A DNA stretch of 58,141 nt from Hyphomicrobiaceae bacterium (GCA_035762425.1 DASTOW010000393.1:1-58141); one strand, 5' to 3'. Positions 8,501 to 19,227 are shown, counted from the first letter of the stretch. A program made the numbers and translations. Notes: generated by a model not told the origin, from the letters alone.

Positions 8501-9487
8501 ATGCACCTGATTTTGGGCATGGCGTACGCAACAATTGTCGCCGCAGGACTGCTGGGCGCAGGGACGTCGCCAACTGCAGCGGGTCCTATGGAGCGCAAGC
8601 TGACCATCGAGGGGCTGGCCCTTACCTACCTGCGGCCGCAGGGCAGCGACCGCGTCCCTCTTGCGGTGATCATCGCCGGCTCCGGACCCACCGACCGCGA
8701 CGGCAACAGCCTGCAGGGTCTCAAGACCGACGCCTACAAGCAACTCGCGGAGGCGCTGGCCGACCTCGGCATCGCCACGGTGCGCTATGACAAGCGCGGC
8801 ATCGGCGGCAGCGTCGATCTCGGCAAGGACGAGATGCAGCTCACCATCGATGTATTCGCCAAGGATGCGCAGGTGATAGCCAAGTGGGCCGCACAGCTGC
8901 CCAATGTCGGCCCGCTCGTGCTGATCGGCCACAGCGAGGGCGGCGTGCTGGCGCTGATGGTTGCCAAATCTGCAGCCGCCAAGGCCGTGGTGCTGCTGGC
9001 GACGCCCGGCCGGCCGCTCGGGCAGATCCTGCGCGATCAGTTGGCGCGTCCCGTGCTGCCGCAGGAGCTGCGCTCGGAGGCCCTGGAGATCATCGCCGCT
9101 CTGGAGCGGGGCGAGGAGGTCAAGACGGTTCGTGTCGATCTGGAGCCGCTGTTCCGGCCGAGCGTGCAGCCGTTCATGCGCAGCTGGATCAAGACCGATC
9201 CCGCCCAATTGCTGCGCGGCCTCGATGTGCCGGCGCTGGTCATCGGCGGCGGGCGCGATATCCAGATCGCACGCGTGGACTACGATGCGCTAGTGGCGAC
9301 GCGCGCCAACGTCAAGTCGAGCTGGTACCCGAACATGGGACACACCTTGAAGGTGGTGGGCGAGGACCTGCAGTCGCAGGGCAAGGCTTACATGGACCCG
9401 ACGCTGGCGCTGGCTGACGGGCTGGCCGACAGCATCGCTCGCTTCATCCACGAGGCCGCCAGCAGTGCGTCCAAGGCGCGCAAATAG
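8501..9487 (+). CDS. Secreted alpha/beta-fold hydrolase
   Basis: GGAGGA lies 6 nt upstream of the ATG at 8501. There is a hydrophobic N-terminal leader, a GHSEGG nucleophile elbow and a late HTL histidine. Confidence 0.7.
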   Translation: MHLILGMAYATIVAAGLLGAGTSPTAAGPMERKLTIEGLALTYLRPQGSDRVPLAVIIAGSGPTDRDGNSLQGLKTDAYKQLAEALADLGIATVRYDKRGIGGSVDLGKDEMQLTIDVFAKDAQVIAKWAAQLPNVGPLVLIGHSEGGVLALMVAKSAAAKAVVLLATPGRPLGQILRDQLARPVLPQELRSEALEIIAALERGEEVKTVRVDLEPLFRPSVQPFMRSWIKTDPAQLLRGLDVPALVIGGGRDIQIARVDYDALVATRANVKSSWYPNMGHTLKVVGEDLQSQGKAYMDPTLALADGLADSIARFIHEAASSASKARK

Positions 9488-9500
9488 GCAATGGCCGAGC

Positions 9501-9923
9501 ATGCTACGCGTCACCGATACGATTGAGCTCGATCCTGCCGAGCTCGAGGAGGTGTTCCTGCGCGCCTCGGGACCGGGCGGGCAGAACGTCAACAAGGTGT
9601 CGACGGCGGTGCAGCTGCGTTTCGACGTACGCCGATCGCGCGCCCTGCCGGAGGAGGTGCGAATGCGCCTGCAGGCGCTGGCGGGGCGCAGACTGACCAG
9701 CGACGGCGTGCTGGTCATCACCGCCAACCAGTTTCGCACTCAGGCGCGCAATCGCGAGGACGCACGAGCGCGACTGATCGAGCTGATCCGCGAGGCAGCC
9801 GTAGCTCCCAAGCACCGGCGCGCGACGCGTGTGCCGCGTGCCTCCAAGGCGCAGCGAGCCGACAACAAGCGACGCCGCTCCAGGGTCAAGGCCCTGCGGC
9901 GCGGCGGGTTCGAGGTGGATTGA
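9501..9923 (+). CDS. arfB: Alternative ribosome-rescue factor ArfB (peptidyl-tRNA hydrolase, YaeJ family)
   Basis: About 140 aa, with the SGPGGQNVNKV GGQ motif and a basic C-terminal tail (KRRRSRVKALRRGG). Confidence 0.9.
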   Translation: MLRVTDTIELDPAELEEVFLRASGPGGQNVNKVSTAVQLRFDVRRSRALPEEVRMRLQALAGRRLTSDGVLVITANQFRTQARNREDARARLIELIREAAVAPKHRRATRVPRASKAQRADNKRRRSRVKALRRGGFEVD

Positions 9924-9932
9924 GGCCTCGAT

Positions 9933-10343
9933 TTAGGCCTCGACCGCAGTCTCGACGGAAAAGTCGAAGCCTTCGTCAGCCCAGCCGGTCACGCCGCCGA
10001 TCATGATCTTGACGGGGCGCCCCAGCTTGGAAAGGCGCAGGGCGGCGCGGTCGGCGCCGTTGCAGTGAGGGCCTGCGCAGTAGACGACGAACAGCGTGGC
10101 GTGCGGCCAGCTCATCATGCGCTCGGCAGTGATCTCGGCGTGCGGCAGGCTTAAGGCGCCAGGCACGTGACCGCGGGCGAAGGCCTGGCGGCCGCGCACG
10201 TCGAGCAGAACAAAATCGACCGGACCCTTCTTGAGCGACTCGTGCACGTCCCAGCAGTCGGTCTCGAGCGACAGCTTGCGGGCGAAGTGGGCGGCGGCCT
10301 CGGACGGGGCTGCCGCGGCGATGGCACTGACGTGGCTGGCCAT
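9933..10343 (-). CDS. Rhodanese-domain sulfurtransferase
   Basis: Only the last 136 codons of ORF 9933..10778 look coding. The start is ATG MASHV at 10343. The active-site loop is YCAGPHCNG. Confidence 0.75.
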   Translation of the reverse strand: MASHVSAIAAAAPSEAAAHFARKLSLETDCWDVHESLKKGPVDFVLLDVRGRQAFARGHVPGALSLPHAEITAERMMSWPHATLFVVYCAGPHCNGADRAALRLSKLGRPVKIMIGGVTGWADEGFDFSVETAVEA

Positions 10344-10427
10344 GGGTCGATCTCCTGTGGCCGGGGCGCAGGCTGCGTCCCGTATTTGCATGCCAGCATT
10401 TGACGCCAATCCCAGGGTGCGCGACAA

Positions 10428-11450
10428 GTGGCGCAGATGCCAATGAACGTAAAGATCATGCCAAAGCGCGCTGCACGGCCCAATCCGCCCGCCAACCGCC
10501 TTGTGGCCGCGCTCACCTACGACGGGCTGTGTACGTTCGAGTTTGGCGTGGCGGTCGAGATTTTTGGCCTGGACCGTCCGGAAATGGGCGCTGCCTGGTA
10601 CAGGTTCCGCGTGGCGGCGGCCGATGCAGGTCCAATGCGGGCCATGGGCGGCATTCGTGTCAGCGTCGATGGCGGGCTCTCGTTGCTGGAACGAGCCGGC
10701 ACCATCATCGTGCCCGGCTGGCGCGGTGCCGATGAGCCGGTGCCGGCGGCGCTGGTGCGCGTACTGCGGCGTGCGCATGCCAAGGGAGCGCGGCTGCTGT
10801 CGTTCTGCTCAGGGGTGTTCGTGCTAGCTGCCACCGGGCTGCTGGACGGCAAACGGGCCACCACGCACTGGCGCTACACCGATAAGCTCGCCAAGGCCTA
10901 CCCCCGCATCAATGTGCTGGCCGATGTGCTCTATGTCGACGAGGGTAGCCTTCTGACGGCAGCAGGTACGGCGGCCGGCATTGATCTCAGCCTGCATCTC
11001 ATCCGCCGCGACTGGGGCACCGCGGCCGCCAACAGCGTCGCTCGGCGCCTCGTGGTGCCGCCGCATCGCGATGGCGGACAGGCGCAGTTCATCGAGACGC
11101 CGGTGCCGGCGGCGAGGGAAGGGGGACGGCTCGGACAGGTACTCGACCGATTGCGTGCCGAACCGGCGCGCGCAACCAGCATCGCGGGGCTGGCTCGGGA
11201 AGCGGGGATGAGCAGGCGAACGTTCCTGCGTCGTTTCAAGGCCGGCACCGGCGCGACGCCCGGCGTCTGGTTGGTGCGGGCTCGGCTGGCGCGAGCCCGG
11301 CAACTGCTGGAAACAACCCATCTGGGGCTCGACGATGTGGCCAATGCGGCGGGCTTCGGAACGGCGGCCAACCTGCGCCATCACTTCCGCAAGGAGCTCA
11401 AGGTCAGCCCGTCCGATTTCCGGCGCCGCTTCGGGTCACCGGCGGCCTGA
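10428..11450 (+). CDS. GlxA/FtrA-type transcriptional regulator (DJ-1/PfpI-like N-domain plus AraC HTH)
   Basis: The N-terminal amidotransferase-like fold (FCSGVFVLAATGLLDG) and C-terminal AraC-type HTH (RTFLRRFKAGTGATP...NLRHHFRKE) fit this type. It is divergent from the rhodanese gene. Candidate starts are 10428 (GTG), 10437 and 10443 (ATG). Confidence 0.8.
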   Translation: MAQMPMNVKIMPKRAARPNPPANRLVAALTYDGLCTFEFGVAVEIFGLDRPEMGAAWYRFRVAAADAGPMRAMGGIRVSVDGGLSLLERAGTIIVPGWRGADEPVPAALVRVLRRAHAKGARLLSFCSGVFVLAATGLLDGKRATTHWRYTDKLAKAYPRINVLADVLYVDEGSLLTAAGTAAGIDLSLHLIRRDWGTAAANSVARRLVVPPHRDGGQAQFIETPVPAAREGGRLGQVLDRLRAEPARATSIAGLAREAGMSRRTFLRRFKAGTGATPGVWLVRARLARARQLLETTHLGLDDVANAAGFGTAANLRHHFRKELKVSPSDFRRRFGSPAA

Positions 11451-11552
11451 AGCCGCTGTCAGGCTTATTCGCATAATATATATTATGGAAAAATAACCTA
11501 ATAGATCTTGGCCACACCGAATCCTAAAGACGCGATGCGCCACGGCGGCGCG

Positions 11553-13082
11553 CTATTTGTCGGCCTTCTCGAAGTTGTCGGAGATGAGCCGGTCCAGCAA
11601 CCGCACCCCCCAGCCCGACGCCCAGCTCTGCGTGATCTCGTTGCGGTTGGAGTCCATGGCGGTGCCCGCCACGTCCAGATGCGCCCACGGCGTGTCCTTC
11701 ACGAAGCGCTGGATGAACTGCGCGCCGGTTATGGACCCGCCAAAGCGGCCGCCGATGTTCTTCATGTCGGCAGTCTTGCTGTCGATCAGCTTGTCGTAGG
11801 CCTTGCCGAGCGGCATGCGCCAGACCTTCTCGCCCGTTTCCTCGCCGGCCGCCACCAACTCGGCGGCCAGGCGGTCATCATTGCAAAACAGGCCTGCGTA
11901 CTCTTTGCCAAGGGCCACCATGATGGCGCCGGTCAGCGTGGCGAGGTCGACGATGAAGCGCGGCTTGAAGCGCTCCTGTGCGTACCAGATGACGTCGGCC
12001 AGCACCAAGCGGCCTTCGGCGTCGGTGTTGAGCACCTCGATGGTCTGACCCGACATGCTGGTGATGATGTCACCGGGGCGTTGCGCCTTGCCCGACGGCA
12101 TGTTCTCGGCAAGCCCCAGCAGGCCGATTGCGTTGACTGCGGCCTTGCGCTTGGCCAGTCCCAGCATCAAACCGGCGACGCACGCTGCGCCAGCCATGTC
12201 GCCCTTCATGTCCTCCATGCCGCCGGCCGGTTTGATGGAAATGCCGCCGGTGTCGAAGCACACGCCCTTGCCGACGAAGCACAGCGGCTTGGAGCGCTTG
12301 GACTTGGCCCCGTTCCACTGCAACACCACCACCCGCGAGGGGCGTTCGCTGCCCTGCCCGACCGCCAACAACGCGCCCATCTTGAGCTCGGCGAGCTGCT
12401 CCTCGTCCAGCACCTCGACCTCGAGGCCGGCGGCCGTCAGTTCGCGCATGCGATCGGCGAACTCGACAGGCCCCAGCATGTTGGCCGGCTCGTTGACGAG
12501 GTCACGGGCCAGGAAGCTGCCCTCGGCCAATGCCTTGCGCGGCTGGAACAGCTTGGCCGCGGCTTCCGGCTTGGCGCACTGGAGCACGAGCCGGGTGAGG
12601 CCGTCGCGGGCCGGCTCGCCTTCAGCACCGTCCTCGGACGGCTTCTTGGTGCGATACTTTTTAAAGGTGTAGCTGCGCAGCAGTGCGCCGTAGGCAAGGT
12701 CGGCCGCGAACACGTCGGCGCCAGCAGGGCCCGGATCGGCCGGATCCGCCAGGATACTGGCCGCATCGCCCTTGCGTGCACTGATCTGGGCGAAGGCGGC
12801 GCCTCCCAGCAGCAGGCGATCGAACTCTTTCGGCGCCTTGCCGGTGCCGAGCATGATGATGCGCTGGACGTCGATACCAGCCGGCGCCAGGATCTCGATG
12901 GCGCTCTTCGGTTTGCCGGTAAAGCCGGCGGCGGCCGCGGCCTTTTTGAGGGCGCCCTTGCTGCGTTCATCGATGCCGCGGGCGGCGCTGCCGAGCGCCA
13001 TATCCTCCCCGGCCAGAACCACCAGCGTGCCAATCGGCGCGGCCGACAGAGGGGCAAATTCGATCTCGAGCATGTCAGCCAT
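11553..13082 (-). CDS. pepA: Leucyl aminopeptidase
   Basis: M17 peptidase motifs: VGKGVCFDTGGISIKP and NTDAEGRLVLAD. Confidence 0.95.
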   Translation of the reverse strand: MADMLEIEFAPLSAAPIGTLVVLAGEDMALGSAARGIDERSKGALKKAAAAAGFTGKPKSAIEILAPAGIDVQRIIMLGTGKAPKEFDRLLLGGAAFAQISARKGDAASILADPADPGPAGADVFAADLAYGALLRSYTFKKYRTKKPSEDGAEGEPARDGLTRLVLQCAKPEAAAKLFQPRKALAEGSFLARDLVNEPANMLGPVEFADRMRELTAAGLEVEVLDEEQLAELKMGALLAVGQGSERPSRVVVLQWNGAKSKRSKPLCFVGKGVCFDTGGISIKPAGGMEDMKGDMAGAACVAGLMLGLAKRKAAVNAIGLLGLAENMPSGKAQRPGDIITSMSGQTIEVLNTDAEGRLVLADVIWYAQERFKPRFIVDLATLTGAIMVALGKEYAGLFCNDDRLAAELVAAGEETGEKVWRMPLGKAYDKLIDSKTADMKNIGGRFGGSITGAQFIQRFVKDTPWAHLDVAGTAMDSNRNEITQSWASGWGVRLLDRLISDNFEKADK

Positions 13083-13260
13083 GGACTGAAATTCCGGGTG
13101 AGTTGCACAGGCGCCCGACCGGGCCGCAGCCTATCTGGTCTCCGGACGCGCTCATGCGTATCCGAAACCGGAAGGCCGCTTGAAGCAAGGAGGGATCAGG
13201 AGGCGCAACAATAGACGCTTGAGCCGGAAGAGCAAGGCTGGGGCGCCGCGTTGCGGGGCA

Positions 13261-13308
13261 GGCCTGCGATCTGGCTTGCGATCTGGCCTGCGATCTGGCC
13301 TGCGATCT
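13261..13308. repeat. Tandem repeat, 12 bp x 4 (GGCCTGCGATCT, one copy with a single substitution)
   Basis: Read directly: ggcctgcgatct ggcttgcgatct ggcctgcgatct ggcctgcgatct. It lies in the 523-bp pepA/ntrC intergenic region. Confidence 0.95.
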
Positions 13309-13605
13309 GGTTTGGCCTGGGTTGAAGCGCGGCATGCTGGAGGCAAATGCGCTTGGATGGCAGCCCCTATCCTTGCCACCGCCTGCATGGGCGGGGCGGC
13401 ACCGCGCACGCAGCAGCGGGATTTGCGCGCGCCGTCGAGGAAAGTGCTCTAGCTCGGCCCCAGCGCATCGTACGGGGCAGGCCCTTGTGGTGCAGCGGAT
13501 GCAATGGGCGAAAGTCGGCAATGCCGCTCCCTTCACCAGCACGACGCGTGGCAAGCGCGCCGTGCTCGTGCGGCAGCTAGATGACAGAGCTAAGCTGCAC
13601 CTGGC

Positions 13606-15051
13606 TCAGGTCGCGGGCGTGCGGAAGACTTGGATGTCGAGGTCGCGGATTTTCTTGCGCAGCGTGTTGCGATTGAGGCCGAGCAGGGCTGCGGCGCGGA
13701 TCTGGTTGCCGCGGGTTGCCGCCAGCGCAGCCATCAGCAGCGGCCGTTCGACGTGCTGCAGCACGCGGTCGTAAAGACCGGGCGGCGGCAGTTCGCGGCC
13801 GTAGCCGGCAAAATGGCCGGCGAGATAGCGCTCGACCATTTCGGACAGCTCCTTGGGCGTCTTGCCGCTCTCCATCGACGGCGCCGGAACCGTCTCAGCC
13901 AGTTCGGCCTCGACAATCTCAGCGGTCAGCGTGTCCTCGGGGTGCAGGGCGCCAAGGCGGCGCACCATGTTCTCCAGCTCGCGCACGTTGCCGGGCCAGT
14001 GGTAGCGCTTGAGGCGTTCGATGGCGGCCGTCTCGATCGCCTTGTGGCCAAGACCAGCCTTGGCGGCCTGGCGCAGGAAGTGGCGGACGAGGTCGCCGAT
14101 ATCCTCCAGGCGCTCACGCAGCGGCGGCAGGCGCAGAGGTACGACGTTCAGACGGTAGTAAAGGTCTTCCCGAAACAGACCCTGCTGGATCTGGGTCTTC
14201 AGCTCGCGATGGGTGGCGGCGATGATGCGAATGTTGGTCTTGATAGGCGTGCGGCCGCCGACGGTGGTGTACTCACCTTCCTGCAGCACGCGCAGCAGCC
14301 GCGTCTGCGCCTCCATTGGCATGTCGCCGATCTCGTCCAGGAACAACGTGCCGCCTTCGGCCTGCTGAAACCGGCCTTCGGTACGTGCCTGGGCCCCGGT
14401 GAAGGCCCCCTTCTCGTGGCCGAACAGCTCGCTTTCGATCAGCTCGCGCGGGATGGCCGCCATGTTGATGGCGATGAACGGTCCGTTGCGGCGCCGGGAG
14501 AAGTCGTGCAGCACGCGTGCCACCAACTCTTTGCCGGTGCCGGACTCGCCGGTGATCATGACGGTGAGGTCGGTGCGCGTCAGACGTGCCAGGACGCGAT
14601 AGATTTCCTGCATGGCCGGCGAGCGGCCGATCAAGGGCAGCTCCTCGACCTCACCTTCGTTTGCCGCCTTCTCCTTGCGCTTGCCAGGCTCGGCGAGCGC
14701 CCGCCCGACGATGCTGACGATCTGCGACAGATCAAAGGGCTTCGGCAGATACTCGAAGGCACCCTTCTCGGCAGCCGACAGCGCCGTCATCAGCGTGTTC
14801 TGCGCGCTCATGACGATGATCGGCAGATCGGGGCGCAGCTTCTTGATGCGCGGAATGAGATCGAAGGCGTTCTCGTCCGGCATGACCACGTCGGTGATCA
14901 CCACATCGCCCTCGCCTTGCGCCACCCAGCGCCAAAGCGTGGCCGCGTTGCCGGTGGCGCGCGGCGCGTAGCCTGCCCGGGCGAAGGCCTGGTTGAGGAC
15001 GGTGCGGATCGCACTGTCATCGTCGGCAATCAGGATGGTTCCGCCAGCCAT
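13606..15051 (-). CDS. ntrC: Nitrogen regulation response regulator NtrC (sigma-54 activator)
   Basis: Receiver domain ([16 protein letters not shown]...), AAA+ module with GESGTGKE and GAFTGA, and a C-terminal Fis-type HTH. Confidence 0.93.
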   Translation of the reverse strand: MAGGTILIADDDSAIRTVLNQAFARAGYAPRATGNAATLWRWVAQGEGDVVITDVVMPDENAFDLIPRIKKLRPDLPIIVMSAQNTLMTALSAAEKGAFEYLPKPFDLSQIVSIVGRALAEPGKRKEKAANEGEVEELPLIGRSPAMQEIYRVLARLTRTDLTVMITGESGTGKELVARVLHDFSRRRNGPFIAINMAAIPRELIESELFGHEKGAFTGAQARTEGRFQQAEGGTLFLDEIGDMPMEAQTRLLRVLQEGEYTTVGGRTPIKTNIRIIAATHRELKTQIQQGLFREDLYYRLNVVPLRLPPLRERLEDIGDLVRHFLRQAAKAGLGHKAIETAAIERLKRYHWPGNVRELENMVRRLGALHPEDTLTAEIVEAELAETVPAPSMESGKTPKELSEMVERYLAGHFAGYGRELPPPGLYDRVLQHVERPLLMAALAATRGNQIRAAALLGLNRNTLRKKIRDLDIQVFRTPAT

Positions 15052-15067
15052 GGTCTGTCTAGCCTTC

Positions 15068-16210
15068 CTATTTCTCGCGCCGCTTCTTGTCCTGCAGCGG
15101 CAGCAGTACGCGGAATACGGTCCGCTTGGGCTCGGATTCGCACTCGATTACGCCGCCGTGGTCCCCGATGATCTTGGCGACCAATGCAAGACCGAGGCCG
15201 GTTCCGGTGCGCTTTGTTGTCACGAACGGGTCAAACAGGTGTGGCTTGAGCTGTTCGGGCACGCCGGGGCCGGAATCCTCGACCTCGATCATGAGCGGCA
15301 GGCTGACGCGCACGCCGGTACCGGGCACCGACAGGCGCACACCCGGCCGGAAGGCGGTGCGCAGCGTGATGCGGCCCTGCTCGCGCCCTTCCTCGATGGC
15401 TTCGGCGGCATTCTTGACCAGGTTCAAAAACGCCTGGATGAGCTTGTCGCGGTTGCCGGCTACCGGCGGCAGCGACGGGTCGAACTCCACGTTGATCCTG
15501 ATCTTCTCGGCAAAGCCGGTGTTGGCCAGCCGCTTCACGTGGTCCAGCACGGAGTGGATGTTGACGGGCTCGGAGACGAGCGGGCGTTCGTCACCGAATA
15601 CTTCCATGCGGTCGACCAGCGTGCGGATGCGGTCGGTCTCGGTGCAAATCAGCTGGGTGAGGGCGCGGTCCTCGTCCTTGAGGCCGGGCTCCAGCAGTTG
15701 CGCGGCGCCGCGGATGCCAGACAGCGGATTCTTGATCTCGTGTGCGAGCACTTGCGCCATGCCCGACACCGAACGAGCAGCAGCGCGATGCGTCAGCTGG
15801 CGCTCGATCATCTGCGCCATCGAGCGCTGCTGCAGCATCAAGACGATGAGGCCTGGATTGTCGGGCAGGGCGCCGCCAAACACATCAACCACGCGGTTGA
15901 CGCCGCTGCGCGGCAGTCCGACGTCGACGCCGTATTCGTTGACGGTGGCACCGGTACGCCGCACCTGGGCAACGAGCGCCGCGAGCGGACTGGAAAAGGC
16001 GATGATGTCGGGCAGTGTCTGTCGCTTGAGCATGCCTTGGCTCAGCGAGAAGAAGGACTCCGCTGCAGCGTTGGCGTAGAGCACGCGATCGTCTTCACCC
16101 AACACCAGGATCGGATGTGGCAGGGCCGCGAGCAGCAGATCGTACTCGATGTGCCGGCGCGGATTGATGGTCGACCCGGTGCGGTCGCGGGCAGCCTCGG
16201 CGGCGCTCAT
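15068..16210 (-). CDS. ntrB: Nitrogen regulation sensor histidine kinase NtrB
   Basis: H-box [17 protein letters not shown] and an HATPase region (DSGPGVP, GTGLGLA). It lies immediately upstream of ntrC. Confidence 0.92.
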   Translation of the reverse strand: MSAAEAARDRTGSTINPRRHIEYDLLLAALPHPILVLGEDDRVLYANAAAESFFSLSQGMLKRQTLPDIIAFSSPLAALVAQVRRTGATVNEYGVDVGLPRSGVNRVVDVFGGALPDNPGLIVLMLQQRSMAQMIERQLTHRAAARSVSGMAQVLAHEIKNPLSGIRGAAQLLEPGLKDEDRALTQLICTETDRIRTLVDRMEVFGDERPLVSEPVNIHSVLDHVKRLANTGFAEKIRINVEFDPSLPPVAGNRDKLIQAFLNLVKNAAEAIEEGREQGRITLRTAFRPGVRLSVPGTGVRVSLPLMIEVEDSGPGVPEQLKPHLFDPFVTTKRTGTGLGLALVAKIIGDHGGVIECESEPKRTVFRVLLPLQDKKRREK

Positions 16211-17262
16211 GCGGCCATTTCCTCAGATATTTCGGCCATTTCCGCGTAGCAGGCCGTCAAGCCGCCGAGCACCTCGCGGGCGTTGTCGTTGGTGCACAGA
16301 TGGCGGCGCCAGGTCTTGGTGTGCTCAGCAAGTACTGGCGAGCTGCCGGCGCCTGAGCTGAGGTACCAGCCGATATGTTTGCGTGCCGCGCGCAGACCGT
16401 GCATGCCCCCGTGTTCAACCATCGCGGCGATGTGGTCACGAGCGATGCGCGCCTGTTCGGCCAGCGGTGGCGCACCGGGATCCGAGCCAGTGGAGAGCGC
16501 TTGGCCGATGCGCGCGGGCATCCACGGCGCACCATAGGCGCCGCGGCCGACCATCACCGCGTCGGCACCCGATATCTGCAACGCTGCGCGCGCTGTTTCC
16601 GGATCGACGACGTCGCCGTTGATGACGATGGGAATGCGTACGGCATCCTTCACGCGACGCGCGAATGCCCAGTCGGCGCTGCCCTTGAAGAACTGGTTGC
16701 GGGTGCGCGCGTGCACCGTGACGAGGCGAATGCCGGCGGCTTCGGCACGGCGCGCCAGTTCCGGCGCGTTGCGGCTGGCATTGTCCCAGCCCAGACGCAT
16801 CTTCAGCGTGACGGGCACCTTGACGGCGCCGACGGTCGCCTCGATCAGGCCGAGCGCGTGGTCGAGGTCGCGCATGAGTGCCGAGCCGGACAGCTTGCCC
16901 GTCACCTCGCGCGCCGGGCATCCCATGTTGATGTCAATAATGTCGGCGCCGAGCCCTTCGGCAACACGCGCGCCCTCCGCCATCCAGCGTGCGTCGCATC
17001 CTGCGAGTTGTATAACGAAGGGCGCGAGCTCCCGGCCCTCGGCGCGGCGATGGGCATCATGCCGCGCGCGCACCAGGTGCTCGCTTGCCACCATCTCGGA
17101 TACGACGAGGCCGGCGCCGAGCCCATGCACGACCCGGCGGAACGAAAGGTCGGTCACGCCCGACATCGGCGCGAGCAGCACCGGCGTACGTAGGCAGTGC
17201 CGGCCGATCGCGACGGGCTTATGGTTCACGTCGGAAGGCGCCGACCCCAGGCTCATGCCCAT
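16207..17262 (-). CDS. dusB: tRNA-dihydrouridine synthase B (NifR3 family)
   Basis: LAPMSGVTD and DINMGCP motifs. There is a 4-nt overlap with ntrB. The start is probably ATG at 17262 or 17256 rather than 17328. Confidence 0.9.
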   Translation of the reverse strand: MGMSLGSAPSDVNHKPVAIGRHCLRTPVLLAPMSGVTDLSFRRVVHGLGAGLVVSEMVASEHLVRARHDAHRRAEGRELAPFVIQLAGCDARWMAEGARVAEGLGADIIDINMGCPAREVTGKLSGSALMRDLDHALGLIEATVGAVKVPVTLKMRLGWDNASRNAPELARRAEAAGIRLVTVHARTRNQFFKGSADWAFARRVKDAVRIPIVINGDVVDPETARAALQISGADAVMVGRGAYGAPWMPARIGQALSTGSDPGAPPLAEQARIARDHIAAMVEHGGMHGLRAARKHIGWYLSSGAGSSPVLAEHTKTWRRHLCTNDNAREVLGGLTACYAEMAEISEEMAA

Positions 17263-17415
17263 ATTATAGGCAAATTCCACTATTGCTCTCGTCTTGTGCA
17301 GATTATAGCGGGCGCAGGCATTTCGCAAGCGCGAAAGAATTGGTCAACCTTATCGACTGTGTTGTGAAGCCTCGCCTATCCAGCGTAAGAGCGGCCACAA
17401 ACCGCTTGCAACCGC

Positions 17416-18594
17416 ATGAGCCCAGCCTTGAAGACCGCCGCGCTGATCGTCGCCGCCGGCAGGGGAACGCGTTCGGGTGCGCCGCTGCCCAAACAGTACG
17501 CCGCCATGGGCGGCGGAACGGTGCTCGGGCGCACACTCAACACTTTCCTAGCGTGCCCGGCGGTCGATGTGGTGCAGGTGGTGATCGCTCCGGCGGATGC
17601 TCAGCTGTACGCCAGCGCTACTGCCGCCTTTATGGGCAGACTGCTGCCTGCTGTTGCGGGTGCTGCGACCCGGCAGGGCTCGGTCAGGGCGGGTCTGGCC
17701 GCCCTGGTGCCGCATGCCCCGGATGTGGTCCTGATCCACGATGCGGTGCGCCCGTTCGTGGCTGCCAAGACCATAAATGGGGTTCTGCAGGCCCTGCGGA
17801 CCACATCCGCCGCCGTCGCAGCCGTTCCCCTGGCCGATACCCTGAAACAAGCCAACGAGCTCGGCCAGGTCGCCGCCACCTTGGATCGGACGGGCCTGTG
17901 GCGGGCGCAAACCCCGCAAGGGTTCCGCTTTGCCGACATTCTCGCCGCCCACCAAGCCGCGGCCTCAGCCGGCCTCGAGTTCACCGATGATGCGGCGGTC
18001 GCCGAATGGGCGGGGCTCGCCGTCGCACTGGTTCCAGACAGCGCTGCCAACATCAAGCTCACCACCCCCGAGGACCTCGCCATGGCTGACAGCCGTGCCC
18101 CCTTGGTGCCAGACGTGCGCACCGGCTCCGGCTTCGACGTGCATCGCCTGATTGCCGGAGATCACGTCTGGCTGTGTGGCGTGCGCATTCCCCACACGCA
18201 CGCGTTGCTGGGGCACTCCGACGCCGACGTCGGCTTGCATGCTCTGACCGATGCCCTGCTGGGCGCCATCGGCGACGGCGACATCGGCCAGCATTTCTCA
18301 GACAAGGATCCACGCTGGAAGGGTGCCGCCTCGCACATTTTCCTCGCCGACGCCGCGCGCCGGGTACGCGCCCGCGGCGGCGCTATTTGCAATGCCGATG
18401 TCACATTACTTTGCGAGGCGCCCCGCATCGCCAAGTACCGAGACGAGATGCGCGCCCGCATCGCGCAAATCCTGGAGATTGAGGTCAGCCGGATCGGGGT
18501 AAAGGCCACCACCACCGAGGGCCTGGGCTTCACCGGCCGCCGGGAAGGGATCGCTGCCCTTGCGGCCGCAACCGTGATCTTGGGTGCGGGCTGA
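17416..18594 (+). CDS. ispDF: Bifunctional IspD/IspF (MEP cytidylyltransferase / MEcPP synthase)
   Basis: N-terminal IVAAGRGTR (IspD) and a C-terminal IspF half (GFDVHRL, GHSDADV). It is divergent from dusB, as in many Rhizobiales. Confidence 0.93.
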   Translation: MSPALKTAALIVAAGRGTRSGAPLPKQYAAMGGGTVLGRTLNTFLACPAVDVVQVVIAPADAQLYASATAAFMGRLLPAVAGAATRQGSVRAGLAALVPHAPDVVLIHDAVRPFVAAKTINGVLQALRTTSAAVAAVPLADTLKQANELGQVAATLDRTGLWRAQTPQGFRFADILAAHQAAASAGLEFTDDAAVAEWAGLAVALVPDSAANIKLTTPEDLAMADSRAPLVPDVRTGSGFDVHRLIAGDHVWLCGVRIPHTHALLGHSDADVGLHALTDALLGAIGDGDIGQHFSDKDPRWKGAASHIFLADAARRVRARGGAICNADVTLLCEAPRIAKYRDEMRARIAQILEIEVSRIGVKATTTEGLGFTGRREGIAALAAATVILGAG

Positions 18595-18747
18595 GCCCCG
18601 TCATCCGTAGAAGCGCAGAATTTGCCGGCGCCGGCGTGCCCTTGCGGTCATTGCGCTCCCTCGCCGAATCGCGGCATTCAGGCCAAAGAGTGTGAAGGGT
18701 TATCGGCCCATTAGAGGCCAGAACTCGGGCCAAAGGGATGCGCCCCC

Positions 18748-19227
18748 ATGAACATTATGACAGCGCCTGTCACGGCTGCACCTTCGGGCATCGGCGAGAT
18801 CGCCGAAAGCACCTCCGCTGCGTGTATCTCTACACGGGTGCGCCAGCTCAGCCGCATCATCACACGGGTCTATGACGACGCGCTGCGCCCGCTGGGCATC
18901 ACAGCCAGTCAATTTACCTTACTAACGCAACTGGCCCAGCAGGATGGCATCACGGCAGTCGAGATCGGTCACTCACTCGACATCGAGAAATCCACCCTGT
19001 CGCGCAACCTGAAACGGCTGCTCAACGATGGTCATATTACGATGGACCCGCCGGCCGGCCGCCGCGGCCGCGGCTTGCATCTGACGCCTAAAGGCGAGTC
19101 GGTTATCCAGCGTGGATTTCCCGTTTGGAAGGACGCGCAAAACCGAACCATCCGCGTGATGGGCCCGGAAAGCCGTAGCACACTCGATAATTTCCTGGCC
19201 CAGGCTGAGAAGTTAGCTGCTGCCTGA
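18748..19227 (+). CDS. MarR family transcriptional regulator
   Basis: Winged-helix pattern (LGITASQFTLLTQL...STLSRNLKRLLNDG). Confidence 0.8.
   Translation: MNIMTAPVTAAPSGIGEIAESTSAACISTRVRQLSRIITRVYDDALRPLGITASQFTLLTQLAQQDGITAVEIGHSLDIEKSTLSRNLKRLLNDGHITMDPPAGRRGRGLHLTPKGESVIQRGFPVWKDAQNRTIRVMGPESRSTLDNFLAQAEKLAAA

Noticed and set aside
9920-9950. The direct repeat aggcctcga...aggcctcga between arfB and the rhodanese gene, considered as a terminator.
   Set aside because: It is only a short GAGGCCTC palindrome plus a direct repeat, with no convincing stem-loop and no U-tract.
9933-10778. Full 281-aa ORF including the region upstream of the rhodanese domain.
   Set aside because: The N-terminal 145 codons overlap the start of the divergent glxA-like gene and look non-coding. 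Only the 136-aa part from ATG 10343 matches a rhodanese domain.
11508-13214. 568-aa plus-strand ORF.
   Set aside because: It is antisense to pepA, which has clear M17 peptidase motifs, and its own translation is featureless.
13261-13308. Whether the short tandem repeats here and at 38556-38599 could be CRISPR arrays.
   Set aside because: The units are only 11-12 bp and directly abutting, with no spacers. No cas genes are present in the window.
13630-16249. Plus-strand ORFs of 513 aa and 418 aa (13630..15171, 14993..16249).
   Set aside because: They are antisense to ntrC and ntrB, both identified by receiver, GAFTGA and H-box motifs. They are shadow ORFs.
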